This document shows, piece after piece, positions 1-9,424 of a DNA stretch of 64,000 nt. The stretch lies in assembly GCA_047285305.1 (NCBI GenBank), contig JBJBDL010000003.1, forward strand, positions 1,472,001 to 1,536,000. Direction: 5' to 3'. Position 1 is the stretch's first letter; each line of letters starts with the position of its first letter. Source of the stretch: Synechococcus sp. GTDB lineage: Bacteria > Cyanobacteriota > Cyanobacteriia > PCC-6307 > Cyanobiaceae. The translations under genes were made by a program, and so were the position numbers. The notes under the pieces were generated by a model. It was not told the origin of the DNA, searched no databases, and worked only from the letters and a program-made list of their open reading frames with translations.

Positions 1-236
1 TTCTCGGCCTGCATGCGAGCCAGCAGGGCAACTTCCGCATCGTTGAGGTTGCCCAATTGACGCAGGCCTTCCAGGTTTCGCGCGCCCACCTGACTCCAGC
101 TCTCACGGCCGCTGGGGGTTTTGCGGCTGTAGGTGCGATAGAAGACCGGGTTGGCAGCAGGAGCGGTTGCGGGGAAGTCGCCGAACCCGGCGACAGCTCC
201 CGCAGCGGTCTCCACACGATTTGGAGTGAGGGTCAC
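1..236 (-). CDS. nrdJ: Class II (adenosylcobalamin-dependent) ribonucleotide reductase, N-terminus; runs off the left edge
   Basis: Manual translation from GTG at 236: MTLTPNRVETAAGAVAGFGDFPATAPAANPVFYRTYSRKTPSGRESWSQVGARNLEGL. The ANPVFYRTYSR...RESW motif is typical of cyanobacterial NrdJ. Not in the ORF track because it is truncated. Confidence 0.88.
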   Translation of the reverse strand, partial: MTLTPNRVETAAGAVAGFGDFPATAPAANPVFYRTYSRKTPSGRESWSQVGARNLEGLRQLGNLNDAEVALLARMQAE

Positions 237-354
237 GTGCGGTGCTTGGGCGAAGGACAAGTATCGAAACCCTAACGCCACAGATGGGGGTAGCAAGGTC
301 TCTTCACCACCATCAACAGTGTCCCGTCCAAACTGAGATCGAAATCGGCAGCAA

Positions 355-1041
355 ATGATGCAGCGGCGGCTGGAGCCTGAGTTGATGAACGGCGATACGC
401 AGGTGCAGGCCTATGCCGCTGCCGACTTCAGTTCCGGCGATCAAGTCACCATCGAAGCGATTCAGCTTCTCCTCTCACGCACATCGCCTTTGCCGCCTGA
501 TCCACTGGTGGTGGACCTAGGTTGTGGTCCGGGAAACATCACGCTGCGGTTGGCTGGCCTCTTCCCCAAGGCTCGGATCATCGGCATTGACGGTGCCGAA
601 TCGATGCTGGCTGTAGCCCGGGAGCGGGCGCAGCAGCAGCAGCTGCAGATCTCGTTCCTGTGTCAGAACCTCCAGGAGGTGCTTCGAGGTGCTGGTGCTC
701 TGCGTGGGCAGGCTGATCTGATCGTCAGCAACAGCCTTTTGCATCACCTGCATCAGCCTGATCTGCTCTGGATGGTCACCAGAGACTTGGCAGCACCTGG
801 TTGCCGCACCTTGCACCGGGATCTCCGGCGTCCTGCCTCCGACACTGAGATTCAACAACTGTTGCTTAAACACCTGCCATCGGCGCCAGAGGTGTTGCAG
901 CAGGACTTCGCTGGCTCGCTGGCGGCGGCCTTCGAACCTCAGGAGGTGACCGCAGAGCTCCACCGGCTAGATCTCAACCAGTTGACGGTGTCGGCAGAGG
1001 ACGACCGTTATCTGGTGGTGTCAGGCTTGGTGAAGTCCTGA
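355..1041 (+). CDS. Class I SAM-dependent methyltransferase
   Basis: VVDLGCGPGN motif I, GIDGAESML, SNSLLHH. Confidence 0.9.
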   Translation: MMQRRLEPELMNGDTQVQAYAAADFSSGDQVTIEAIQLLLSRTSPLPPDPLVVDLGCGPGNITLRLAGLFPKARIIGIDGAESMLAVARERAQQQQLQISFLCQNLQEVLRGAGALRGQADLIVSNSLLHHLHQPDLLWMVTRDLAAPGCRTLHRDLRRPASDTEIQQLLLKHLPSAPEVLQQDFAGSLAAAFEPQEVTAELHRLDLNQLTVSAEDDRYLVVSGLVKS

Positions 1042-1047
1042 AATCCG

Positions 1048-2694
1048 ATGAGCGGCAGTCAAGCGACCACTGATGGTGATATGGCCCAGGTTTTGGCCTC
1101 GGCGGTAGATCGCCGTCGCAACTTTGCGATCATCTCCCACCCGGACGCGGGAAAAACAACCCTCACCGAGAAGTTGCTGCTCTATGGCGGTGCCATTCAG
1201 CAGGCCGGTGCGGTGAAAGCCAGGGGTGAGCAGCGCAAGGTGACCTCCGACTGGATGGAGCTTGAAAAGCAGCGGGGCATTTCAATCACCTCAACGGTGC
1301 TGCAGTTCGATTACGACACCACCACGATCAATCTCCTGGATACACCAGGTCACCAGGATTTTTCCGAAGACACCTATCGAACGCTGGCAGCGGCGGACAA
1401 CGCCGTGATGCTGGAGGATGCCGCCAAGGGCCTGGAGCCTCAGACTCGGAAGCTGTTCGAGGTCTGCCGCATGCGTCAGATCCCGATCTTCACCTTCATC
1501 AACAAGATGGACCGCCCGGGGCGGGAACCGCTCACCCTGCTCGATGAAATCGAGTCGGAACTCGGCCTCACCCCCTGGGCGGTGAACTGGCCTATCGGCA
1601 GTGGCGAGCAATTCCGTGGTGTGATCGATCGCCGCAGCAAGGAGGTGGTTCTGTTCAGCCGTGCTGAACGCGGCAAGCAGGCCAGTGAGCAACGCCTCTC
1701 GCTGGACGACCCTGCCCTGCGCGAGTTGGTGGAAGAGGACCTGCTGGATCTGGCCATTGAGGAAATGGAGTTCCTGGAGGCGGCTGGCGCCGAGCTGGAC
1801 ATAGAGATGGTCCATGCCGGTGAACTCACCCCGGTGTTCTTCGGCTCGGCAATGACCAACTTCGGAGTCCGTCCGTTCCTCGATGCCTTCCTTGAGATGG
1901 CGCAACGGCCGATCGCCCGATCCAGCAGCGAAGGTCTGGTGGACCCGTTGCGTGAAGGGTTCAGCGGCTTCGTGTTCAAGCTTCAGGCCAACATGGACCC
2001 CAGGCACCGCGACAGGGTGGCCTTCGTACGTGTCTGCAGCGGCCGCTTCGAAAAAGATATGACGGTAAAGCACGCCCGCACAGGCAAAGCGATCCGTCTC
2101 TCCCGTCCTCAAAAGCTCTTCGGTCAGGACCGAGCCGTGGTGGAAGACGCCTATCCGGGTGATGTGATTGGTCTCAACAACCCCGGCATGTTTTCCATTG
2201 GCGACACCCTTTATGTGGGTTCGAAAGTGGAGTACGAAGGCATTCCCTGTTTCAGCCCGGAGATTTTCAGTTGGCTGCGCAACCCCAACCCTTCAGCCTT
2301 CAAGAACTTCCGAAAAGGGGTGAACGAGCTGCGGGAAGAGGGGGCTGTGCAGATCCTTTATGACACCGACGAGAGCAAGCGGGATCCAATTCTGGCGGCC
2401 GTTGGACAACTCCAGCTTGAGGTGGTGCAGCACCGGCTTGAGAACGAATACGGCGTGGAAACCCGCCTTGAGCCCATGGGTTTCCAGGTTGCCCGTTGGA
2501 TCAACGGCGGTTGGGCTGAACTCGAAAAGGTCGGCCGAATTTTCAATTGCAAAACCGTGCGTGATGCCTGGAATCGGCCTGTGCTGTTGTTCAAAAACGA
2601 GTGGAATCTCAACCAGCTTCGGGAGGACCATCCCGACCTTGAACTCAGCAGTGTTGCCCCGGTGGTGAGTGGAGTGGAGCCGATCAGTCTCTGA
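1048..2694 (+). CDS. prfC: Peptide chain release factor 3
   Basis: [63 protein letters not shown]. Confidence 0.98.
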   Translation: MSGSQATTDGDMAQVLASAVDRRRNFAIISHPDAGKTTLTEKLLLYGGAIQQAGAVKARGEQRKVTSDWMELEKQRGISITSTVLQFDYDTTTINLLDTPGHQDFSEDTYRTLAAADNAVMLEDAAKGLEPQTRKLFEVCRMRQIPIFTFINKMDRPGREPLTLLDEIESELGLTPWAVNWPIGSGEQFRGVIDRRSKEVVLFSRAERGKQASEQRLSLDDPALRELVEEDLLDLAIEEMEFLEAAGAELDIEMVHAGELTPVFFGSAMTNFGVRPFLDAFLEMAQRPIARSSSEGLVDPLREGFSGFVFKLQANMDPRHRDRVAFVRVCSGRFEKDMTVKHARTGKAIRLSRPQKLFGQDRAVVEDAYPGDVIGLNNPGMFSIGDTLYVGSKVEYEGIPCFSPEIFSWLRNPNPSAFKNFRKGVNELREEGAVQILYDTDESKRDPILAAVGQLQLEVVQHRLENEYGVETRLEPMGFQVARWINGGWAELEKVGRIFNCKTVRDAWNRPVLLFKNEWNLNQLREDHPDLELSSVAPVVSGVEPISL

Positions 2695-2763
2695 ACCGGG
2701 GGGATCACCCAATCCACACCTCCACGGCTCTCTCGCCAGAATCGTGAAGCGTCTTCAACTTCC

Positions 2764-2985
2764 GTGAGTACGTTCTGGCTGCTGAGGAATAGCGCTGACG
2801 GCGGCACCGAATACGTGTGTTTCCGCGGTGATAACGAATCGGTTGAAATGCTTGAGGGCTACCACCTTCCCCCGCAGATGCCGTTGATCAAACGCCGCTC
2901 CTGGATGAACCGGGTGGATGCCCTCAGCTGCCGGAGCAGGCTGGAACGCAGCGAGGGTTTTCGTCACGGTGCGCCCCTCTTCTGA
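2764..2985 (+). CDS. Small hypothetical protein
   Basis: 73-aa ORF filling the gap between prfC and the next gene, co-oriented, host-like codons. Confidence 0.7.
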   Translation: MSTFWLLRNSADGGTEYVCFRGDNESVEMLEGYHLPPQMPLIKRRSWMNRVDALSCRSRLERSEGFRHGAPLF

Positions 2986-3027
2986 ACAGGCCCCGATACG
3001 CTCATCAAAAGGAACCCGATCGACGCA

Positions 3028-3723
3028 ATGGCAGCCCTGGGTGAATCTGGTCCCGATGCAAACGCAGATGATCCATTTGCCCGTCTCGGTCTGAGCCGTG
3101 ATGCGGGCTTTGATCAGGTTCAGGCGGCCAAAGCACGCTGTCTCGCCGAGGTTTCCGGTGATGATCAGGCCCGAGCAAAGATCGAAGCGGCCTACGACGC
3201 CGTCCTGATGGCTCGCCTGCGGGACCGGCAACAGGGTCAGGTGAGTGCTGCTGCAGCGACGGCGTCGGAGCGGGAGGCCATGGCGGGATCCTTGCCATCT
3301 CAGCCAGCTCAGGCACCGATGGGCAATGTGTTGGCGAATCTCCGCAACAGGCTGCCCGATCCCTCCCCGAGCCTCTCCGGCCTCAAGCCCGACTGGGCCC
3401 TGGTGGATGGGCAGGGGCGTTCCGTGCGCCTGATTGCTGGGATCGTCGGCGTTGCTCTGTTGCTGATCTCGGCCGGGAGTATTCAGTTGGTGCTGGCCCT
3501 AGCAACCATCGGTGTTTTTCTCAGTCAGGTTCGCCGTGGTCGCCGCCCTCTGGCATCCCTGGGCTGGACGTTGCTGGTGCTCAGTGTGGGCTTGGCGGCA
3601 GGCTCTTTGCTGAACCTGGCGTTCTCTCCCACTGCTGTTGAGCAGCTGGCTCTCAGTCCTCTGCAGATCCAGGCTCTGCCTGCCGCTCTGCTGCTGTGGG
3701 CTGCAGCCCTGTTTCTGGCCTGA
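3028..3723 (+). CDS. CPP1-like (J-like domain plus C-terminal membrane helices) protein
   Basis: DPFARLGLSRDAGFDQVQAAK...IEAAYDAVLMARLRDRQQG followed by TM helices. Confidence 0.8.
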   Translation: MAALGESGPDANADDPFARLGLSRDAGFDQVQAAKARCLAEVSGDDQARAKIEAAYDAVLMARLRDRQQGQVSAAAATASEREAMAGSLPSQPAQAPMGNVLANLRNRLPDPSPSLSGLKPDWALVDGQGRSVRLIAGIVGVALLLISAGSIQLVLALATIGVFLSQVRRGRRPLASLGWTLLVLSVGLAAGSLLNLAFSPTAVEQLALSPLQIQALPAALLLWAAALFLA

Positions 3724-3726
3724 AGA

Positions 3727-4644
3727 TCAGGCCACCGTCGGTAGTTCGTCAATCAGCTCCTGCAGCTCCGCAGCGCTCACGTCATAACGGTTGTTGCAAA
3801 AGTGGCAGGTCAGTTCCGCGCCGCCATCCTTGTCACGCATGTCGGTGAGTTCGTCCCTGCCCAACAGGAGCAGTGCTGCTTTGCTGCGTTCACGGCTGCA
3901 AGGACAGAAAAAACGAAGCTCCTGACTGGCCTCGGCATCGTCGAGGGGTTTGGGATCAAGGTCGGGGAAGACGTCCCGAAGCAGATCCTCCAGCTTGTCT
4001 CCACTTGCCGCAAGCCGCTGACTGAATCCAGTGATCTCGCGGCAACGCTGTTCAATCAGCTCCACCAGGGCCAGCTCTTCCGCTGCTTTGGGAAGGATTT
4101 GAACCAGGAGGCCCCCGCTGGCGTGGATGCCGGTTCTGTTCACCTGCTCACCCACAAACACCGCGGAAGGAGTCTGTTCGGAGTGGAGCAGATAGGAGGC
4201 AACATCCTCACCAATGCCTCCACTGACGAGCTCAACGGTGCTGTTGAAGGGCTCACCCTTGCCGTCATCACGCATTACGTGGAGGTACCCGGTGCCAGCG
4301 GCCTCCTTGAAATTGAAGCTGAAATGCCCGGCTTCATCCTGAATCGGATCGAGTTCGAGGGCAGGCTCGCCGACGTAGCCACGAACGGTTCCGTTGCGTC
4401 CGGCATCCACCATCAAGCCCTTGATCGGTCCGTCGGAGCCGAGGCGCAGGTTCACCCGGCCGTGGCGCACCTTCATCGAACTGGCGAGCATCAATCCAGC
4501 GGCCATGCCTCGTCCGAGCATCACGCTGGTGAGGAACGACAGTCCATGTCGCTCCCTCGCCTCACGCACGATGTTGGTTGTCGATACCGCCACCAACCGG
4601 ATGCCACCCTCAGCGGCTGTTGCGCGAACCAGCCGGTCGGCCAT
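3727..4644 (-). CDS. hslO: Hsp33 redox-regulated chaperone
   Basis: MADRLVRA start, [11 protein letters not shown]-terminal CPCS...CHFC zinc motif. Confidence 0.96.
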   Translation of the reverse strand: MADRLVRATAAEGGIRLVAVSTTNIVREARERHGLSFLTSVMLGRGMAAGLMLASSMKVRHGRVNLRLGSDGPIKGLMVDAGRNGTVRGYVGEPALELDPIQDEAGHFSFNFKEAAGTGYLHVMRDDGKGEPFNSTVELVSGGIGEDVASYLLHSEQTPSAVFVGEQVNRTGIHASGGLLVQILPKAAEELALVELIEQRCREITGFSQRLAASGDKLEDLLRDVFPDLDPKPLDDAEASQELRFFCPCSRERSKAALLLLGRDELTDMRDKDGGAELTCHFCNNRYDVSAAELQELIDELPTVA

Positions 4645-4658
4645 ATCCCCTCGGTAGC

Positions 4659-5297
4659 TCAGGGCAATGTAGTCATCGGTTCGAGCCGCCCGCCCTGCAA
4701 GCGCAGTCTTTGGCAGTCCCAGTCCTGAAAAAGCTCGGGTTCATGGGTGACCACGATCAATACCTGTTCACGAGAGAGGCCGGCGAGCAGATCAAGCACG
4801 TCCCGTCGCACCGACCAATCCAAACCTGCGGTGGGTTCATCCAGGAGGAGCACTTCAGCGCCGCGGAGCATTTGCACGGCGAGGGCAAGCCGCCGTTGCT
4901 GCCCGCCGCTCAGCCGTTCTGGCGCCGTTGTGGAGGCGATGGTGTCGAGGCCAACCCGTTCGAGCATGCTCTGTTCGCGATCATGACCGAGCCTCCGATG
5001 CCCCAGCCGCAGTTCCTGAGCGACGCTCAGGCCGAGGAAATGGCGCTCGGGAAACTGGAAAACGATGCCGCAAAGCCAGCGCAGCTGCCGTTGTTTCATC
5101 GCGCTGCCGTTCCAGCGGATGCTGCCGGATGTGGCTGATGCCAGGCCGCTGATGATTTCCAGCAGCGATGTCTTTCCGGATCCACTGGCGCCAGCAATCA
5201 GCAGCGGCCGTCCCCTCTGCGTCTGAAAATCGACGCCGTTGAGGATGGGGGCACCAGCAGTAGCAGGTGCATAGGTGATTCCTGAGAGCTCGAGCAT
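4659..5297 (-). CDS. ABC transporter ATP-binding protein (ECF/CbiO-like)
   Basis: [36 protein letters not shown]. Confidence 0.92.
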   Translation of the reverse strand: MLELSGITYAPATAGAPILNGVDFQTQRGRPLLIAGASGSGKTSLLEIISGLASATSGSIRWNGSAMKQRQLRWLCGIVFQFPERHFLGLSVAQELRLGHRRLGHDREQSMLERVGLDTIASTTAPERLSGGQQRRLALAVQMLRGAEVLLLDEPTAGLDWSVRRDVLDLLAGLSREQVLIVVTHEPELFQDWDCQRLRLQGGRLEPMTTLP

Positions 5298-5338
5298 GCG
5301 TTCAGCTTGAACGATGATGACGGTGTCGCGATGGCCCC

Positions 5339-5788
5339 ATGGACATTCGTTTTCGTGAAGTCGATCCCTTCAATTGCTGGTTATGGATCCGTTTCTCGGA
5401 ACCTCCCAGTCAGGGGGAACGGAATTACGTCGACGGTGTCTTTGACAGCTGGTACGTGATCGGGCGTTTGGGCGGCTTCAACGCAGAAAACCTGCAGGTG
5501 CATGACGCAGGCTCCGATCTCAGTTGGATGACCTACGACAACGATGGGGCTGAGTCTGCGATGCCAGCCCTGATGCACAACATGGGGCAGCTTGAATACC
5601 AGAACGATTGGGGACGTTGCTGGGTGGATCTCGGTACGTCGGATGGAGTTGCCATCGATGTTCTGATCAATGCCCTGCGTCAACTGGACTCCGACGTGGT
5701 TCAGATCGAAGAGCTGGTTGTAGGTGGGGTCAATGAAAATTGGCCGGTTGAAGACCATCCCGACAGCGTTTTCCCTGCCGGTGGCTGA
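5339..5788 (+). CDS. Conserved cyanobacterial protein (DUF3531-like)
   Basis: MDIRFREVDPFNCWLW...GRLGGFNAENLQ...MHNMG...WVDLGTSD. Confidence 0.8.
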   Translation: MDIRFREVDPFNCWLWIRFSEPPSQGERNYVDGVFDSWYVIGRLGGFNAENLQVHDAGSDLSWMTYDNDGAESAMPALMHNMGQLEYQNDWGRCWVDLGTSDGVAIDVLINALRQLDSDVVQIEELVVGGVNENWPVEDHPDSVFPAGG

Positions 5789-6512
5789 ACGCCGGCGCTT
5801 GCTTCTGTCGCCGGATCGCCTGCAGCATGGTGGCTCGGTTCTGCTCAGCACTGAAGAGCAGCACTACCTGCGGAGAGTGTTGCGTCTGCGCTGTGGCGAG
5901 CAGGTGGATCTGATCGATGGTTGCGGCCGGCTCACGACCGCAACCCTGGTGGAACCCAAGTTGCTCACGCTCGAGAGGCCAATGCAACTGATTGAGCCCC
6001 TGGCCCAACCTCAGTTGGGCCTGGCCCTGGCCTTGATGCGGCGGGGGATGGATGAGGTGGTCCGGATGGCCTGTGAGCTCGGGATTGATCGGATTCAGCC
6101 CCTGCGTTGCGATCGCTGTGTTCCCCAGGCCGACCACCGACCCGAGCGCTGGGCAACGATCATTCGTGAAGCTGTGGAGCAGTGCGAACGGTTGTGGACG
6201 CCACAGCTGCTCGATCTCAAAGACCTTTCCCAATGGATGGCAGATGAGCGGGGCCAGCGTCTGGTGGGGGTGACCCGCGAGACAGCACCACCGGCCTTGG
6301 ATCAATGGTTACGTCACCAGGCCGATCCTGGTGAGCTCACCTGGCTCATGGTTGGCCCGGAAGGGGGGTGGACCAAAGAGGAACTGAAGCAGTTCATGGA
6401 AGCAAGAATTGAGCCCGTCCAGATGGGATCAAACATCCTGCGCAGTTCGACTGCCGCGGTGGCTGGTTCCGTGGAACTGGTTCGTTGGCGCGATCGGCTA
6501 ATCAGCTCTTGA
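5781..6512 (+). CDS. rsmE: 16S rRNA m3U1498 methyltransferase
   Basis: HYLRRVLRL, ELGIDRI, EAVEQCER, VGPEGGW, ILRSSTA; GTG start at 5781 overlapping the upstream stop. Confidence 0.95.
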   Translation: MAERRRLLLSPDRLQHGGSVLLSTEEQHYLRRVLRLRCGEQVDLIDGCGRLTTATLVEPKLLTLERPMQLIEPLAQPQLGLALALMRRGMDEVVRMACELGIDRIQPLRCDRCVPQADHRPERWATIIREAVEQCERLWTPQLLDLKDLSQWMADERGQRLVGVTRETAPPALDQWLRHQADPGELTWLMVGPEGGWTKEELKQFMEARIEPVQMGSNILRSSTAAVAGSVELVRWRDRLISS

Positions 6513-6918
6513 ACAGATCCTGAGCAATCCCCCGGAAGGATTTCAGAGCTGCTCCAGGCCGGCGGCTGCGCTGGCGCAGTCCGCCACCAGGCATGAGGTT
6601 GCTGGGGGCAAAGGTGGAATAGGTCACGGCCGGGCGGGCTGCCTCTGCTGCAGCCAGTTCAGCGGCGATGGCTTCTGCAGTGGTGAGTGGGGCTGCGGGC
6701 TCAGAGCTGGATTCAGCTTTGGCTTCCGCAACGGTCTCTGCAACAGCCTCTGTAGCTGAAGGCTTAGCAACCACTGAGGGCTCGGAGGCTGTGACGACAT
6801 CTGCCTCGACAGGCGCTTCTTCGGTTGCTGGAGCCTCTTGTTGAGGCAGCTCGAGGGTGGCCGGAGCGGCAGTGTCATCCAGGGTGAGGAAAAAGCCCTT
6901 GTTGCTGTTGAACACCAT
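6502..6918 (-). CDS. Ala/Glu-rich hypothetical protein
   Basis: 138-aa ORF; N-terminal GFFLTLDD and C-terminal RRPGA.L..F resemble a conserved picocyanobacterial hypothetical family. Confidence 0.7.
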   Translation of the reverse strand: MVFNSNKGFFLTLDDTAAPATLELPQQEAPATEEAPVEADVVTASEPSVVAKPSATEAVAETVAEAKAESSSEPAAPLTTAEAIAAELAAAEAARPAVTYSTFAPSNLMPGGGLRQRSRRPGAALKSFRGIAQDLFKS

Positions 6919-6977
6919 CCGGTCGACCAGAGAACGAACGCACCCGATTCTCCCTCTGCAATGGCCGCAGGCAGGAG

Positions 6978-7724
6978 ATGCTTAGAGCACTGCAACACGG
7001 TGTGATGTCCGCACTCTGGATTCAGGCCCTGCTGGTGAACACGGTTTTGATTGCCCTGACGCAGCGGACATCTGTGCTCACCCGCAGTGGTTGGGTCCAT
7101 GCAGCTGCCTTGGGCACGATCCTGTGGGGGTGTTTGGGGTGGTCGGGCTGGTTGGCCGTGGTCGCCTACCTCTGTATGGGAAGCCTGGTCACCAAGATCG
7201 GCTTTGAGAACAAGCAAAGCCGGGGCCTTGCCGAAGCCCGCGGCGGTCAGCGCGGCCCTGAAAACGTCTGGGGTTCTGCGGCCGTTGGAGCCTTCCTTGC
7301 ACTGCTCATCGGTGCCGGTGTCGAACCCCATGAGGTGTTGTTGGTTGGCTTTGCGGCGAGTTTTGCCGCCAAGTTGGCCGACACCTTCGGGAGTGAGATC
7401 GGCAAGCGTTTCGGTCGCACCACTGTGTTGATTACAAGCCTGCGGGTGGTTTCACCAGGCACCGAAGGGGCCATCAGCCTTGAGGGAACCCTGGCCAGTG
7501 CCGCCGGCAGCGTCTCCATGACCCTGGTGATGCTGGCTCTGCAGCTGGTTCCCTCATGGCCTGTGGCAGGGTTGGTGATGCTGGTTGGTCTGGTGGCGAC
7601 CCTCGGCGAAAGCCTGCTCGGCGCCCTGGTGCAGGATCGCGTGGCCTGGTTGAGCAATGAGCTGGTCAATGCTCTTCAGACCCTCTTGGCCGCAGTTTTG
7701 GCGATGTCGCTGATGGCGCTCTGA
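6978..7724 (+). CDS. DUF92 / TIGR00297 integral membrane protein
   Basis: GQRGPENVWGS, KLADTFGSEIGK, PGTEGAISLEGT; start may be ATG at 7005. Confidence 0.9.
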   Translation: MLRALQHGVMSALWIQALLVNTVLIALTQRTSVLTRSGWVHAAALGTILWGCLGWSGWLAVVAYLCMGSLVTKIGFENKQSRGLAEARGGQRGPENVWGSAAVGAFLALLIGAGVEPHEVLLVGFAASFAAKLADTFGSEIGKRFGRTTVLITSLRVVSPGTEGAISLEGTLASAAGSVSMTLVMLALQLVPSWPVAGLVMLVGLVATLGESLLGALVQDRVAWLSNELVNALQTLLAAVLAMSLMAL

Positions 7725-7742
7725 TCAGCTGGTTTGGACGGG

Positions 7743-8264
7743 TCACAGACCATCGCGCTGGGCCAATTGCTGTAGCAGTTCAACGCCCTCATGGAGATGA
7801 AGGCGCAGGGCTGAACGGCTGCACCTCATGACCTGAGCCAGATCCTTGATGGTCTGGCCTTGGATCAAGTGGACTTGCAGCACTGTGCCGGCCATGCCGT
7901 CCACCTGGTGCAGCACGCTCTTCAGCCAGCCCAGGTGTTCATCGACCTCACAAGCTTGTGTTGGCTCCACAGAGCTGGCACTCAGGTCGATGACCTGGCT
8001 TGCCCCATGGCTCTGAACGGCGGTAGCCCAGCGCTCTGAGCGAACCGAGAGTTCGTCAGCAAGTTCCAGATCGCTGAGAAGCGCTTGCCGGATCTGTTCG
8101 CGTTCACTTTGCTGTTGGAGACGGGCCGCGCACTGGGCCAGGCCCAGGTGTTTGAGAGCCTGTCGATTGCGCCGTGCAATGCAAGGGGGCAGCGAGCGAC
8201 GGGACTCCTGCCGCAGGTGACCTTGAGAAATCAAGGGATCAGTAAGACAGATCCAACAGTTCAA
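7743..8264 (-). pseudogene. Internally deleted sigma-70 family (SigF/group-3-like) gene
   Basis: RRNRQALKHLGLAQCAAR (start of region 2) joins directly to a region-3-like ELADELSV and a region-4 HTH (GQTIKDLAQVMRCSRSALR); the conserved 2.2-2.4 block is absent. Confidence 0.6.
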
Positions 8265-8284
8265 CCCTCAGCCCGGAAACGGTT

Positions 8285-8320
8285 GGCACTTTGGTGCCGC
8301 AGATCGGCACTTTCGTGCCG
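8285..8320. promoter_or_regulatory. Two tandem palindromes GGCAC-N4-GTGCC between divergent genes
   Basis: GGCACTTTGGTGCC at 8285-8298 and CGGCACTTTCGTGCCG at 8305-8320, 21-bp period. Confidence 0.45.
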
Positions 8321-8347
8321 GATCATGGGTGCAACGGTTTTGGATTG

Positions 8348-8512
8348 ATGGACTGGCAACCAGAGGCACAGGCAGCACTCAAGAAAGAAGTTCCGTTTTT
8401 CGTACGGCCTGCTGTTCGTAAAAGGGTTGAGGCGATGGCGGATTCAGACGGACGTTCCGACATCGACCTGGATTTCTACAAATCCGCCAAGCAGGCCATG
8501 GCCCCGAGCTGA
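8348..8512 (+). CDS. Stand-alone PCP_red (protochlorophyllide reductase ChlB C-terminal domain) family protein
   Basis: MDWQPEAQAALKKEVPFFVRPAVRKRVE matches the W..EA...L..VPFFVR...R..E signature. Confidence 0.85.
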   Translation: MDWQPEAQAALKKEVPFFVRPAVRKRVEAMADSDGRSDIDLDFYKSAKQAMAPS

Positions 8513-8515
8513 CCT

Positions 8516-8683
8516 TTAGGAGGGGTCCAGATCGCAGCGTTGCAGTTCCGGCTGGGTCAAGCGGTCAACGATTCGAGCCATATCCAGGGCTGTGAGTTCA
8601 CCGTTTTCGTCCCACTTGAGCGTGGTTTTGCGCTGGGCAGGGGGGTGGCCGGCAGCGCGTTCTGCAGAGCGGTCAGATCCCAA
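8516..8683 (-). CDS. 55-aa microprotein, core copy of the KW-x2-NG-x-L family
   Basis: Manual translation from TTG: (M)GSDRSAERAAGHPPAQRKTTLKWDENGELTALDMARIVDRLTQPELQRCDLDPS*; similar to 27412 and 28225. Confidence 0.7.
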   Translation of the reverse strand: MGSDRSAERAAGHPPAQRKTTLKWDENGELTALDMARIVDRLTQPELQRCDLDPS

Positions 8684-8737
8684 GTCCGATCACCAATGTC
8701 AGGAGAGCCACACATTAGTCGCGACTGAGGATCTCGT

Positions 8738-9424
8738 TTACATGCTGATAACTGTTGATGTGTTACCGGCAACGAGTCCGGCCCACTTCTGCAGAGGCGC
8801 CCACTGACCCAAGCGCTGGTCGAGCCAGCGGTGGCCATCGGCATTGAGATGGATCCCATCCGGTTCCATCCAGGTCAACCAGTCGGGCTCCTCCTGCATC
8901 TCCTGATGCATGGGCAGGAAGGGCACATCAGCCTCACGGCACTGTTCGGCAATCACGGCCTCCGTTGCCGCGATCTGGCTGTTGCTGTACCAGAGGCAGC
9001 CGGCAAAGGGCATCACGTGCTCATCCACCGCAGTAAGGCCCAGCACAAACACCTGCACCTCCTGGGCAACCTCATTTAGAAGTTGACCCAGGCCGAACGA
9101 AAAGGCCTCCACATCCAGTTGGGGTCTGCCGTCGATTCGACCAACGCGGGCGGTGTCATTCAGCCCGACACTGAGCAAAAGTCCGCCCGGTGTTTGGCGC
9201 CGCAGTTCGCCGCGGCAGTACCACTCGCTGCGCCAGCGGGCGGCCACGCGTTCCAGGCCATCCCCGCGGATGCCCAGGGGATACACCACAGGAGCGCTGG
9301 GTAGGTTCATCCAGCGCATGCGCAGCCGTTGGCACCAACCACCCGCTTCACGGTCACCCCAACCATGCACGCCACTGTCCCCGAGCACGATCAGCTGACG
9401 GGGGGCCTCGTTCGCACCGCTCAT
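8738..9424 (-). CDS. GDSL/SGNH hydrolase (lipase/esterase)
   Basis: VLGDSG, GIRGD, GLND and DGIH blocks. Confidence 0.92.
   Translation of the reverse strand: MSGANEAPRQLIVLGDSGVHGWGDREAGGWCQRLRMRWMNLPSAPVVYPLGIRGDGLERVAARWRSEWYCRGELRRQTPGGLLLSVGLNDTARVGRIDGRPQLDVEAFSFGLGQLLNEVAQEVQVFVLGLTAVDEHVMPFAGCLWYSNSQIAATEAVIAEQCREADVPFLPMHQEMQEEPDWLTWMEPDGIHLNADGHRWLDQRLGQWAPLQKWAGLVAGNTSTVISM

Noticed and set aside
277..322. NrdR boxes upstream of nrdJ
   Set aside because: One weak match (GCCACAGATGGGGGTA) and no convincing second box at canonical spacing; needs a PWM scan.
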